Positions 15,477 to 24,278 of a stretch of DNA of 64,000 bases are shown one piece after another. The translations under genes were made by a program, and so were the position numbers. This DNA comes from a virus: the IMG/VR virus record IMGVR_UViG_3300045988_034528; one strand, 5' to 3'. The notes beneath the pieces were generated by a model. The model was not told the DNA's origin. It made no database searches and saw only the letters and a program-made list of their open reading frames with translations. The first letter of the stretch is position 1; the number at the start of each line of letters is the position of its first letter.

Positions 15477-15794
15477 ATGGATAAGTTTAAAGAGAAATGC
15501 AATTATCCAATAAAAGTACTTGCTACTTCAAATAATCATATGAAGAAAATTCTTGCTACTAATAGTTTAATTATAGTAGCTAAATATCTTAATAAAGATT
15601 GGGAACCATGTTTTAATAATTTTAAACAAGCTAAATATTGTATAATTATATATAATGATAAATTATCAATAGACTATTGTTATTGTACTGATAAGGGAGC
15701 TATAGTATATTTTAAAAGAGAAGAATTAGCACAACAAGCTATTGAATTGCTTGGAGAAGAAACTATTAAACAGGCATTAAGTCATAATTATTAA
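15477..15794 (+). CDS. hypothetical protein (the frame continues upstream through a single TAA)
   Basis: 105-aa ORF. The same frame is open from ATG 15363 except for TAA at 15387..15389 (METKEFKI*VPEGYEIDKENSTFECIKFKKKSVTIIDI-MDKF...). Confidence 0.6.
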   Translation: MDKFKEKCNYPIKVLATSNNHMKKILATNSLIIVAKYLNKDWEPCFNNFKQAKYCIIIYNDKLSIDYCYCTDKGAIVYFKREELAQQAIELLGEETIKQALSHNY

Positions 15795-15801
15795 TAAAAT
15801 A

Positions 15802-15873
15802 ACTCTCATAGTTTAATTGGTAAAACAACTATCTTATAAATAGAAGATGTAAGTTCGAATCTTACTGAGAGTA
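15802..15873 (+). tRNA. tRNA-Ile (UAU), plus-strand copy
   Basis: Acceptor ACTCTCA/TGAGAGT, anticodon loop CTTATAA, T arm GTAAG-TTCGAAT-CTTAC. Confidence 0.8.
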
Positions 15874-15934
15874 CCATGTTGTATTTGAGTTAATTTAATG
15901 GAAAGAGCTGGTATGTGATATATAGGCTCTTTAT

Positions 15935-16008
15935 GGCTGATTAGCTCAACTGCATAGAGCAAAAGCTTCCTAAGCTTTAGGTTAAGGGTTGGATTCCCTT
16001 ATCAGCCA
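15935..16008 (+). tRNA. tRNA-Arg (CCU)
   Basis: Acceptor GGCTGAT/ATCAGCC, D arm GCTC...GAGC, anticodon arm AAAGC-TTCCTAA-GCTTT, T arm AAGGG-TTGGATT-CCCTT. Confidence 0.8.
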
Positions 16009-16093
16009 CTAGAATTAATCACTCATAATATTTTTATTTATGTGACTTATTGTCACTATAGTATAATGGTCTGTGAAGATAGTCATACTTAAT

Positions 16094-16165
16094 GTCCTCA
16101 TAGTTCAATGGATAGAACAATAGCCTCCTAAGCTATTAATCTGAGTTCGAGTCTCAGTGGGGATA
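16094..16165 (+). tRNA. tRNA-Arg (CCU), second copy
   Basis: Acceptor GTCCTCA/TGGGGAT, D arm GTTC-AATGGATA-GAAC, anticodon arm ATAGC-CTCCTAA-GCTAT, T arm CTGAG-TTCGAGT-CTCAG. Confidence 0.8.
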
Positions 16166-16196
16166 CAATTATAAAGTAATTTATTAAAGCACTTAA

Positions 16197-16535
16197 ATGA
16201 GAGTATATCGCAAATGGACTGATGATGAAGAAAAAGTAATCATTAGTAAAATAAAAGAGAGTCCTAATAATTTATCACAAGCTTTTAAGGAAGCCTCTAT
16301 TGAATTAGATAGAAGTATAACTACTATAAGACAACATTGGTATATTGGAACACCTAAAAGACCAGCATTAAAGAGTAGATGTGGATGTTGTTTTATGACT
16401 TATGGAGGTAAATCTTTAAACATTAATAGAAAAAATGTAAATATTAATACCTCTAATAATACAATAACTCTATCTATAGATAAGTTATATAAGGTAATTG
16501 AGTTATTATTAAAAAGTACATCATTTAATTTTTAA
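16197..16535 (+). CDS. Myb/SANT-like HTH DNA-binding protein candidate
   Basis: RKWTDDEEKVIISKIKESPNNLSQAFKEASIELDRSITTIRQHWY fits the Myb-type W...W/Y repeat. Confidence 0.5.
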   Translation: MRVYRKWTDDEEKVIISKIKESPNNLSQAFKEASIELDRSITTIRQHWYIGTPKRPALKSRCGCCFMTYGGKSLNINRKNVNINTSNNTITLSIDKLYKVIELLLKSTSFNF

Positions 16536-16541
16536 TTTATT

Positions 16542-16919
16542 ATGAATGAAATTAAAGTAAGTGTGAGCATTGTACTTCGAGGAAGTATTATGCTTACCCA
16601 AGAGGAGGCTGAAACTCTTGAAAAAGAACAGTCAAGCAAAGGATTTGAAAAACATACTCAAGTAGTTGAAAATCCTAATAATAGAAAAGACAAACAAACT
16701 ATTCATTATCAAACTAGAAAATGTAGAACTGCCAGTCAATCTGTAAAACTATGTAAGGAAGCATATCTTCACATGATTGACAAGTTTGCCTGTCCTGAAT
16801 GGGAAAAGATGAATAAGTGGGTTGCTATGAGTAAGAAAGAAAGGCTTGAATCTCACTTACAGAGACTTACTAAACATCTTGGAGGAATTTCATTTACTTA
16901 TAAGGTATTTGAAGACTAA
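16542..16919 (+). CDS. hypothetical protein
   Basis: 125-aa ORF. Confidence 0.6.
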   Translation: MNEIKVSVSIVLRGSIMLTQEEAETLEKEQSSKGFEKHTQVVENPNNRKDKQTIHYQTRKCRTASQSVKLCKEAYLHMIDKFACPEWEKMNKWVAMSKKERLESHLQRLTKHLGGISFTYKVFED

Positions 16920-16997
16920 AAACCACAAAGAAGGATGAGACATAGTTCTTGTCCTCCTTTTTATAATCTATTCAATTAGTAACTAAAATGCTTAGGT

Positions 16998-17174
16998 ATG
17001 TATGGTATGATAGGATTAGGAGTATTTATGCTCCTCCTAATTATAAAGATACTACTTAGATATGAACCAAAATTTGACTTAGTAGTATCTAATAACAGAT
17101 TTATATTGTTATTGTGGTATAATAGATATGATGATAACAATATAAAGAAAAGAGTTTATACAAAACTATTTTGA
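16998..17174 (+). CDS. hypothetical small membrane protein (58 aa, below the track cutoff)
   Basis: Manual translation: MYGMIGLGVFMLLLIIKILLRYEPKFDLVVSNNRFILLLWYNRYDDNNIKKRVYTKLF. Confidence 0.35.
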   Translation: MYGMIGLGVFMLLLIIKILLRYEPKFDLVVSNNRFILLLWYNRYDDNNIKKRVYTKLF

Positions 17175-17176
17175 AT

Positions 17177-17941
17177 ATGCTGGAGTTTAAATTAAAAAGA
17201 AGCAGTAAGGGCAAAAGGTCAAGATGGTCTAAGAAATATCCAAGGAATAGAATATCCCATAGAGGGGATGAGAAATATGCTTATTGGTTTCCTCATAATT
17301 GGGCAGATGAGAAATATACTTATCTCCATGGTAAACTTGGAAAGTTTCTTAAGGCAAATCTATTTAGGCCTGTAGATAAAGTATTTTCTGAGTTCTTGCA
17401 AAGATGTAGAAAAGGAACTGAGGTATATAACCTTAAGAAGAAGTTCTACAGTATGTTTAAGAACAAAGAGGATGTAAAATATGAAGGTGGATTCTATCTA
17501 AGTAATGGTATAATCAATTTCAAGGAAGGAAACCTTCATCATAAGTATATTCCACATTGCCCAAGTTTCTCTGAGAAATATAAATCTGAACTCAAGTATA
17601 ATGATAGTATGTTACCTTATAAGAAACAACTACTTGAGATATGTAAGAGGTTAGAAGAGACTCATGAAATGCAATTACTTGGAGAGTTCTATGTATGTAC
17701 TGAATGGTATGATAGGAAAGTAGAAAAGAAACCTGTATATGTTACTACTCTAGAAGACTATAGAACTTATCACTCTTATATGAAACAATGCGAGATAATA
17801 GGTGAGATAGTAGGTAATAGAGCAGGAATTGAGTTTTCAATAGAAGAGAATCAATATCATGACACTATACAGATGTATGTCTATGACTTACTTGATTGTA
17901 AATGGAGTAACAATCATAGGTATATATTTGTTATAAAATAA
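17177..17941 (+). CDS. hypothetical protein
   Basis: The track ORF starts at TTG 17171. The first ATG is at 17177 (MLEFKLKRSSKGKRSRW...). Confidence 0.7.
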   Translation: MLEFKLKRSSKGKRSRWSKKYPRNRISHRGDEKYAYWFPHNWADEKYTYLHGKLGKFLKANLFRPVDKVFSEFLQRCRKGTEVYNLKKKFYSMFKNKEDVKYEGGFYLSNGIINFKEGNLHHKYIPHCPSFSEKYKSELKYNDSMLPYKKQLLEICKRLEETHEMQLLGEFYVCTEWYDRKVEKKPVYVTTLEDYRTYHSYMKQCEIIGEIVGNRAGIEFSIEENQYHDTIQMYVYDLLDCKWSNNHRYIFVIK

Positions 17942-17965
17942 AGCAATTTCTAACTAAATTAACAA

Positions 17966-18301
17966 ATGATTTGGATTATAGTTGGTGTAATATTCTTTAT
18001 AGTGACCATTTGGTCACTCAAGGGTACTACTTTTGTTAAATACAATGATGAAAAGAGAGTAGATGAGTTTCATATTCCTATATGGACATTGATTATAGCA
18101 TTTATAGGTTATTGTATCCCATATATAAGCCCTTTATTGTTTATAACATATAGCATTTGGTTTCTAACATTAGTTGCTAGGAAATCTATATATGAATATG
18201 ATGACTTATTTACAGAATATATCATCATAGAGTTATCTGAAAAGAATGCACTTCATAGGGTATTAATCTCTATTGGTAAATTTTTAATAAGGACAATATG
18301 A
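17966..18301 (+). CDS. hypothetical multi-pass membrane protein
   Basis: 111 aa with three hydrophobic segments. ATGA-coupled to the glucosaminidase-like gene. Confidence 0.6.
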   Translation: MIWIIVGVIFFIVTIWSLKGTTFVKYNDEKRVDEFHIPIWTLIIAFIGYCIPYISPLLFITYSIWFLTLVARKSIYEYDDLFTEYIIIELSEKNALHRVLISIGKFLIRTI

Positions 18302-18810
18302 TTTCAAACTCTTTTAAACAACTGAGCATTGCTATAGGAATTGCAATATTGATTTTTCCTATAATGTTCTGTGTAGGTTTATGGGTAGTCTCAGAAGATT
18401 CTAAAGAATGTAAGCCTCCTGAAACAAAGGTAGATACACTTGAATATAGACAGCACTTTCATAGTAAGTCACCTCAAGATGGGTTAATGGAGGCACTAAT
18501 ATATTATGATGTTAAGTATCCTCATATAGTTTATGCACAAGCCCTTATTGAGACTGGTAACTTCAAGTCTAACTTATGCTTAAGTGACAACAATTTGTTT
18601 GGACTTTATAACAGTAGCAGGAGTAGGTATCACAGGTTTGACCATTGGACAGAATCTGTGATAGCCTATAAGAATTTTATCCAACGTAGATATAAACCTC
18701 CGGAAGATTATTATAAGTTTCTACAAAGAATAGGGTATGCAGAAGATCCTAACTATATTAACAAATTAAAGAAAGTTGTAAACAAGAATGATACGAGAAG
18801 AAGTGAATAA
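18298..18810 (+). CDS. membrane-anchored GH73-like N-acetylglucosaminidase (peptidoglycan hydrolase) candidate
   Basis: N-terminal TM (IAIGIAILIFPIMFCVGLWVV), then YAQALIETGNFKS...DNNLFGLYN, resembling the AQAxLESGwG...NNlFG glucosaminidase signature. Confidence 0.55.
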   Translation: MISNSFKQLSIAIGIAILIFPIMFCVGLWVVSEDSKECKPPETKVDTLEYRQHFHSKSPQDGLMEALIYYDVKYPHIVYAQALIETGNFKSNLCLSDNNLFGLYNSSRSRYHRFDHWTESVIAYKNFIQRRYKPPEDYYKFLQRIGYAEDPNYINKLKKVVNKNDTRRSE

Positions 18811-19927
18811 CTTAGCTTTGTCTAAAATAGATAAAACTAAGTATCTGATACTAGAACTTATCACTGGGTATGGTAAGACCAAAGTAGCAATAGACCTCAT
18901 TAATCATATATGTGATAGGGTATTTAGGAATGATGAAAGTCCTACTACTATACTTATTCTTGTGGCTAAGACTGTGCATAAGCAGACTTGGAAGGATGAG
19001 ATTGAGAAATGGGGAGGTATCAAATCTGACTATATTACCATTGAATGCTATGAGTCACTAAAGAATTATGAGAACTCATACTTTGATGTAGTAGTGGCAG
19101 ATGAGATGCAACATTTGTCAGAAGCAAGAATTGATGTACTGGAGACTATTCATATCAATGAGTCTTTCATTGGGTTGTCTGCCACTATTAAGAGAGACAT
19201 GAGGGACTATTTCATCTACAATCACAAGGCTGAGGTCATTAAGTGTGGTCTCAAGGAAGCTGTAGAGGATGAAGTATTACCAGAGCCTACAGTGTATCTG
19301 TTGCCTTTAACCTTGGATAATTCTATATGTAAATATAGAACTAAAAGATTTGGTAAGGAAATTACTACTACTCAGAAAGGTTATTATGATAATATTTCTT
19401 CTCTTATAGAATGGTACAAGAATAAGTACTTTAACTCAAGAAATGAGAGAATAAAGAACTTATGGCTTTCTACTGCTGGTAAAAGATTAAAGTGGTGTGC
19501 TGAACAGAAGGAAACTCTTGTACTAGCTCTTCTTGACAAGTTCAGGGATTACAAGACTTTGACTTTCTGTAGTAGTATTGAACAGTCAGAGAGGTTAGGT
19601 AAATATAATATCACCTCGAAGAATAAGGCTTCAGTAAAGAACCTTGAAATGTTTAATCTTAACAAGATTAAGCATATCACTGCCTGTAACATACTCAATG
19701 AAGGTGTAAATCTGACTAATTGTAGGATAGGTATATTCTGCAACTTGAATAGTTCGGAGATTGTAGTAAAGCAAAGAGTTGGTAGAATACTTAGACATAA
19801 GTCTCCTATTATCATCATACCTTATTTCAAGGATACAAGGGAAGAAGAACTTGTACAGAAGATGATAGAGGAGTACTCTAAGGATTCTATCATTAGTGTT
19901 GATAATATTAATGATATTAAGCTATGA
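18788..19927 (+). CDS. superfamily 2 (DExH) helicase
   Basis: Walker A ITGYGKTKVA, DExH box VVADEMQHL, motif VI QRVGRILRH. Confidence 0.8.
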   Translation: MIREEVNNLALSKIDKTKYLILELITGYGKTKVAIDLINHICDRVFRNDESPTTILILVAKTVHKQTWKDEIEKWGGIKSDYITIECYESLKNYENSYFDVVVADEMQHLSEARIDVLETIHINESFIGLSATIKRDMRDYFIYNHKAEVIKCGLKEAVEDEVLPEPTVYLLPLTLDNSICKYRTKRFGKEITTTQKGYYDNISSLIEWYKNKYFNSRNERIKNLWLSTAGKRLKWCAEQKETLVLALLDKFRDYKTLTFCSSIEQSERLGKYNITSKNKASVKNLEMFNLNKIKHITACNILNEGVNLTNCRIGIFCNLNSSEIVVKQRVGRILRHKSPIIIIPYFKDTREEELVQKMIEEYSKDSIISVDNINDIKL

Positions 19928-20523
19928 CAATATGTTTAAGTAAGGAAGGATGTCAGAAGAACAATATTAGTCTTGCTGAGGCTCTTTTAATGCTTGCTAT
20001 CCATAATAATGTTGACCTTGATGCAGCTCAAAAGGAGCTAATCAAGAAAGGCTATATAACTGCTAACAGGAATGACCTGTTTCAGCAAGTTGGGTGGAGA
20101 CTCACTAATAAAGGTACTGAGGTAATAGATTCTGTAATTGTAGACTCTGATAAGAAACAAGAACCTAATGATAGATTGGTTCAGTTGGCTACAAGACTCA
20201 AGGAGATATTTCCTAAGGGCAAGAAAGATGGTACTAACTATTATTGGGCAGATGGAGTAGCTTTGATTATACGAAGATTAAAGCTATTCTTTAAGAAGTA
20301 TGGAAATACTTATACTGATGAGCAAATCATACAGGCAACCAGTAAGTATGTGGAGGGTTTCAATGGGAACTATACATATATGAGGTTATTAAAGTATTTC
20401 ATATTCAAAGAGAAAGTTGGTGCTGCTGGTGAGGTTGAAGGAGACTCAGAATTGATTAGTTATATTGAAAATGCTGGACAGGAGGAGAATTTAAGAAATG
20501 ATTGGACTTCTACAATTAACTGA
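19924..20523 (+). CDS. hypothetical protein (replication module; possible helicase loader or organiser)
   Basis: 199-aa ORF, ATGA-coupled between the two helicase genes. The function is inferred from position only. Confidence 0.6.
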   Translation: MTICLSKEGCQKNNISLAEALLMLAIHNNVDLDAAQKELIKKGYITANRNDLFQQVGWRLTNKGTEVIDSVIVDSDKKQEPNDRLVQLATRLKEIFPKGKKDGTNYYWADGVALIIRRLKLFFKKYGNTYTDEQIIQATSKYVEGFNGNYTYMRLLKYFIFKEKVGAAGEVEGDSELISYIENAGQEENLRNDWTSTIN

Positions 20524-20525
20524 TT

Positions 20526-21746
20526 ATGAGTAGATTTAAGCAAGTAATGGGAAATCTGAGGTTAAGGAGAGACAGGGTTCTTAATGGACTTTATAACTGT
20601 ATTCCTTTTCCTTTTCCAAGATTTAGAGCATTGGTTCCAGGCATTGAAACTTCTAAGTTCATAGTGGTAACTGCCAATCAGAAGGTAGGTAAATCAAAGT
20701 TCTGTGATTATTTATTTGTATATGAACCCTTATTCTTTATATTGGAGCATCCTGAGATGAGAGTAAAGGTTCTCTACTTTACTTTGGAGATGAGCCCAGA
20801 GGAAAAGTATAATGAGTTCTTGTGCCATCTATTATTCAGACTGGATGGGATAGAGGTGTCTCCTACTGAACTGAAAAGTATAGATAGAGACCATCCTATT
20901 GATGAGAAGATTCTTGAATTGCTTGAGACTGATAAATATCAGAGGTATATCAAGGCATTTGAGGATATGGTTGAGTATATTGATGACCAAAGGAATCCTA
21001 CAGGCATAAACAAGTATTGTAGGGACTATGCTTTGACTCATGGACATCTTAACTTCAAGAAAGGTAAGAGGAAAGACCCTATCACAGATGAACTCATTGA
21101 GGTAGATATAGTGGACAATGGCAATTCTTATACACCAGATGACCCAGAAGAAAGAAGAATAATAATCATAGATAATGCTTCTAACTTATCACTTGAAAGT
21201 AATCTGAAGTTATCAGAGACTATCAATAAGATGAGTAAGTATGGCATTACTCTCAAGAATCAGCTGGGTTATATCTTTGTGCTTATTCAGCATCAGGCTC
21301 AGGCACAGGAAGGTATTGAGAATCAGAAGCTCAACAAGCTTAAACCATCGTCAGATGGACTTGCAGACTGTAAGACTACCACCAGAGATGCCAATATGGT
21401 TATTGGTCTTTATAGCCCATTCAAGTATGGACTAAGAGAGTATGAGGGATATGATATAACCAAGTTCAGGAATCATATAAGGTTCATGGAAGTGATTGAA
21501 GATAGAGACTATGGAGCAGGTGGTCAAATCTGTCCTTTATTCTTTGATGGTGCAGTGAGTACATTTTATGAACTTCCAAGACCTGATGATAAGGAGGCAC
21601 TACAAAGAGTATATAACTATATGAAATCAAGGAAGAGCAAAACTGCTAAGTCATTTTTTAGTTATGGAATAAATAAAATAAATAAAATGAATAAAGAGTT
21701 GCACAGGTGGAGAATATTTCATAAATTTGCAGCCCTTTTCAAGTAA
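20526..21746 (+). CDS. DnaB-like replicative helicase (RecA-fold ATPase)
   Basis: Walker A TANQKVGKSKF, Walker B RRIIIIDNASNL, downstream LIQHQAQAQ. The last ~30 codons overlap a promoter and may not be genuine. Confidence 0.65.
   Translation: MSRFKQVMGNLRLRRDRVLNGLYNCIPFPFPRFRALVPGIETSKFIVVTANQKVGKSKFCDYLFVYEPLFFILEHPEMRVKVLYFTLEMSPEEKYNEFLCHLLFRLDGIEVSPTELKSIDRDHPIDEKILELLETDKYQRYIKAFEDMVEYIDDQRNPTGINKYCRDYALTHGHLNFKKGKRKDPITDELIEVDIVDNGNSYTPDDPEERRIIIIDNASNLSLESNLKLSETINKMSKYGITLKNQLGYIFVLIQHQAQAQEGIENQKLNKLKPSSDGLADCKTTTRDANMVIGLYSPFKYGLREYEGYDITKFRNHIRFMEVIEDRDYGAGGQICPLFFDGAVSTFYELPRPDDKEALQRVYNYMKSRKSKTAKSFFSYGINKINKMNKELHRWRIFHKFAALFK
21699..21729 (+). promoter_or_regulatory. Bacteroides-type promoter
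   Basis: TTG-CACAGGTGGAGAATATTTCA-TAAATTTG-CA (TTG, 20 nt, TAnnTTTG), 52 nt upstream of the ATG at 21781. Confidence 0.55.
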
Positions 21747-21780
21747 AAGCAATATTATAAAACAAAAACAAAGGTAAATT

Positions 21781-22551
21781 ATGAGTAAGATTTTAGTTCT
21801 TGCAAAAAGTGGGTTCGGAAAAACTACCTCTTATTGTGGTAGGGAGAAATTAGGTATCAAAGGTCTTGACCCAAAGGAAACTTATGTTATCCAGTGTATT
21901 GGTAGGGGTGTTCCTAACCCTAACTTTAAGCTGATTGAAGGTAGCATTGGAGTAGAGAATGTAGGTAAGCCTACACAGAAACTTGTAAATGCAAATGTCC
22001 TTAGTACAGGCAATAGAGTGCAAGTAGATAATCTTACAGGTCTTGATAGGTTTGCAGTGATAGCAGAACTCATAAATATGCTAAAGAAATCTCCTTTCAA
22101 GAATATTGTAATTGATGATTTCAATTATCTTGCACAGGATTTCTATATGGCAAATGCCATGAAAGGTGGATGGGATACTCCTAAGCAAATTGGCTATGGT
22201 ATGGGCCTCATCTTTGATGCTTTCAAGGGACTTCCTGAGGATAAGAATATCATCTGCTGTGCCCATTATGAGGAATATAAGGATAAGAATGGTGACTCCA
22301 TTTCCTACAAGTTCAAGACCACTGGAAAGATGGTTGATGACTATATTACTCCTGAGGGTAAGTTTGATATTATCCTCTTTGGCAAGGTAGGATATGATGC
22401 AGAAAACAAGAGGCCTATCAAGCACTTTGTCAAGGAGTTTGATGGAGAATATCCTGCTAAAGACAGTCTTGGTGCATTGGATGACCTTCCTGATGAGATT
22501 CCTAATGATTTGTCTATAGTAGTAGACAAATTGAGGGAGATTTATGGATAG
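21781..22551 (+). CDS. Sak4-like / AAA_24-type RecA-fold ATPase
   Basis: N-terminal Walker A ILVLAKSGFGKTTS and Walker B NIVIDDFNYL. Size and position are typical of phage recombination ATPases. Confidence 0.65.
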   Translation: MSKILVLAKSGFGKTTSYCGREKLGIKGLDPKETYVIQCIGRGVPNPNFKLIEGSIGVENVGKPTQKLVNANVLSTGNRVQVDNLTGLDRFAVIAELINMLKKSPFKNIVIDDFNYLAQDFYMANAMKGGWDTPKQIGYGMGLIFDAFKGLPEDKNIICCAHYEEYKDKNGDSISYKFKTTGKMVDDYITPEGKFDIILFGKVGYDAENKRPIKHFVKEFDGEYPAKDSLGALDDLPDEIPNDLSIVVDKLREIYG

Positions 22552-22818
22552 AGAGAAGACAGTATAACTTAGTAAACAAATATATGGTATTACACCATTT
22601 AATGCAAGTAATCAATTACAAATGCTAGAAGAGTTCTTATTGGAAAAGGGAAAAGAAAAAAGTATAGTTAACTTACTTATTAAAATATTATCCCATATAC
22701 CAATACGAGCAAGCATTAACTATTATATAACTGCTATTGAATATTATATTGCTAAGTATAATGTGTATAAATTAAGTAAAGACAACAAAATTATTTTAAT
22801 ATATTAAAAGAAACAATT

Positions 22819-23289
22819 ATGAAAACATTGACAATTAGACAGTTTGCAGGTGTAAAGAGAATTGCACAGAATGTTAATCCTTTGGTAGTAAAGAAGAATA
22901 AGATTGCTGCCAAGATTGATGAACTCAATGCAGAGTATAATGCTCTGACTGAGGAGATTGAAGGGCATGAGATGGGTGTCAAGGCTTTGACAGGTGGCCT
23001 CACAAGTGAAGATTTGGTTGTCAAGAAGGTAGAAGATACTGGTAAGGTTGATAAAGAAGGTAGGCCTGTAAAGGTTACTAAGTATGAGCCTAAAGAAGGT
23101 GTAGTAATATTCAATGAGGAGGCTAATGTGTATGAAATTCATATAGAGGAGCCTGAACTTGAAGCTGTTGCCCCTGAAGCAGTAGATGATACTGAGAAAG
23201 CTCCTGAAAGAGTTCTTCCTGCTGGAGCTGTATTAGCAGAGGAAATTGGAGAGGCATATCTTGAGAGTAAATTGAACAATAATCTTTAA
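22819..23289 (+). CDS. hypothetical protein with an acidic C-terminal tail
   Basis: 156-aa ORF. The richer GC content leaves long antisense shadow ORFs. Confidence 0.7.
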   Translation: MKTLTIRQFAGVKRIAQNVNPLVVKKNKIAAKIDELNAEYNALTEEIEGHEMGVKALTGGLTSEDLVVKKVEDTGKVDKEGRPVKVTKYEPKEGVVIFNEEANVYEIHIEEPELEAVAPEAVDDTEKAPERVLPAGAVLAEEIGEAYLESKLNNNL

Positions 23290-23321
23290 TAGAAGAAAAA
23301 AATTACTATAAAATTATAAGT

Positions 23322-24254
23322 ATGAAGAAGAATATTGGTTTTAATTTTATGGCCTTTAGTAAAGGAACAGTATCTACTGAAGGCAATGTAGTGAAGAGGT
23401 ATGTAGGTGTGGCTCCTGTATTTGTTTTAGCTGTAAATCCTGACAAAGCAGAGCTTGAAAAGCTATATAATACCCAACTTGAAAATGGCCCTGAGTATCT
23501 GGGTGAAGTTGAGGTAGGTGAGGACAAGCACAAGGTACAGAATGTTAGACTTGACTTTATTGTTAAGACTGATGCTGAAAAGTGTGGTGGCATTGAGTTT
23601 ACTACTAAGATAGCCTTCTTCCTTAGAAAGGAGTATAGATACAATAGAGACCAAACTAAGGTACAGGTAATTGATAAGTATGGTAGAACTGCTTGGGTTA
23701 CTGTAGAGCAGGCTAAGGCACATGAAATTCCTGTATATAAGAATGGTCCTGCCAACATTGATAAGGATTACAGACCTGTTTATCATGGTGAGGAAGAGCT
23801 TACTAAATTCATCAAGGCATACCTCAACATTCCTAATGTAATGAAGTATGTTAATAATACTTGGGTTATGGTAGATAATCCTGAGGATTGTGAAGCAAGA
23901 CTTGAACACATTGAGGATTACTTCAAGGGCAATTTCAAGGAGCTGAGAGAAGTTATTGCATTGCAACCTAATAACAGGGTTAAGGTATTGTTTGGTGTAA
24001 AAACCACCGATGATAACAAGCAGTATCAGGCTTTTTATAATCAGATGTTCTTGAAGAACATTACCACTGATTACAGCAAGTTAGATGCAGACTTGCAGGA
24101 AAGAAAGACTGCTGGTGCATATCCTACTACTGAGTTTATTGTGAGTGACTTGAAGGAGTATAATATTGAAGCTACTAACTTCAATAACTCTGGCTCAAGT
24201 GATATGCCTTTCCCTAAGGCAGAAGAGTCCTCCCCTTGGGACTTTGGAAAATAA
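23322..24254 (+). CDS. hypothetical protein (possible ssDNA-binding protein)
   Basis: 310-aa ORF between the recombination ATPase and the primase. The C-terminal SGSSDMPFPKAEESSPWDF resembles the acidic/aromatic tails of phage SSBs. The functional call is weak. Confidence 0.4.
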   Translation: MKKNIGFNFMAFSKGTVSTEGNVVKRYVGVAPVFVLAVNPDKAELEKLYNTQLENGPEYLGEVEVGEDKHKVQNVRLDFIVKTDAEKCGGIEFTTKIAFFLRKEYRYNRDQTKVQVIDKYGRTAWVTVEQAKAHEIPVYKNGPANIDKDYRPVYHGEEELTKFIKAYLNIPNVMKYVNNTWVMVDNPEDCEARLEHIEDYFKGNFKELREVIALQPNNRVKVLFGVKTTDDNKQYQAFYNQMFLKNITTDYSKLDADLQERKTAGAYPTTEFIVSDLKEYNIEATNFNNSGSSDMPFPKAEESSPWDFGK

Positions 24255-24278
24255 GTAGTAATCAAAAAATAGAAAAGC

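Noticed and set aside
16040-16093. tRNA-like fragment between the two plus-strand tRNA-Arg genes (GTCACTATAGTATAATGGTCT...)
   Set aside because: It has a D-arm-like AATGG motif and a GTGAC/GTCAC hairpin, but there is no room for an anticodon arm plus T arm before the next tRNA starts. At best it is a degraded remnant.
22622-22807. 61-aa ORF in the 267-nt gap between the ATPase gene and 22819
   Set aside because: It has an AT-rich, Ile/Lys/Tyr-biased sequence with no coupling to its neighbours, and is more likely non-coding spacer. I also looked for iterons here and saw only a weak TTATAT..TGCTA duplication.
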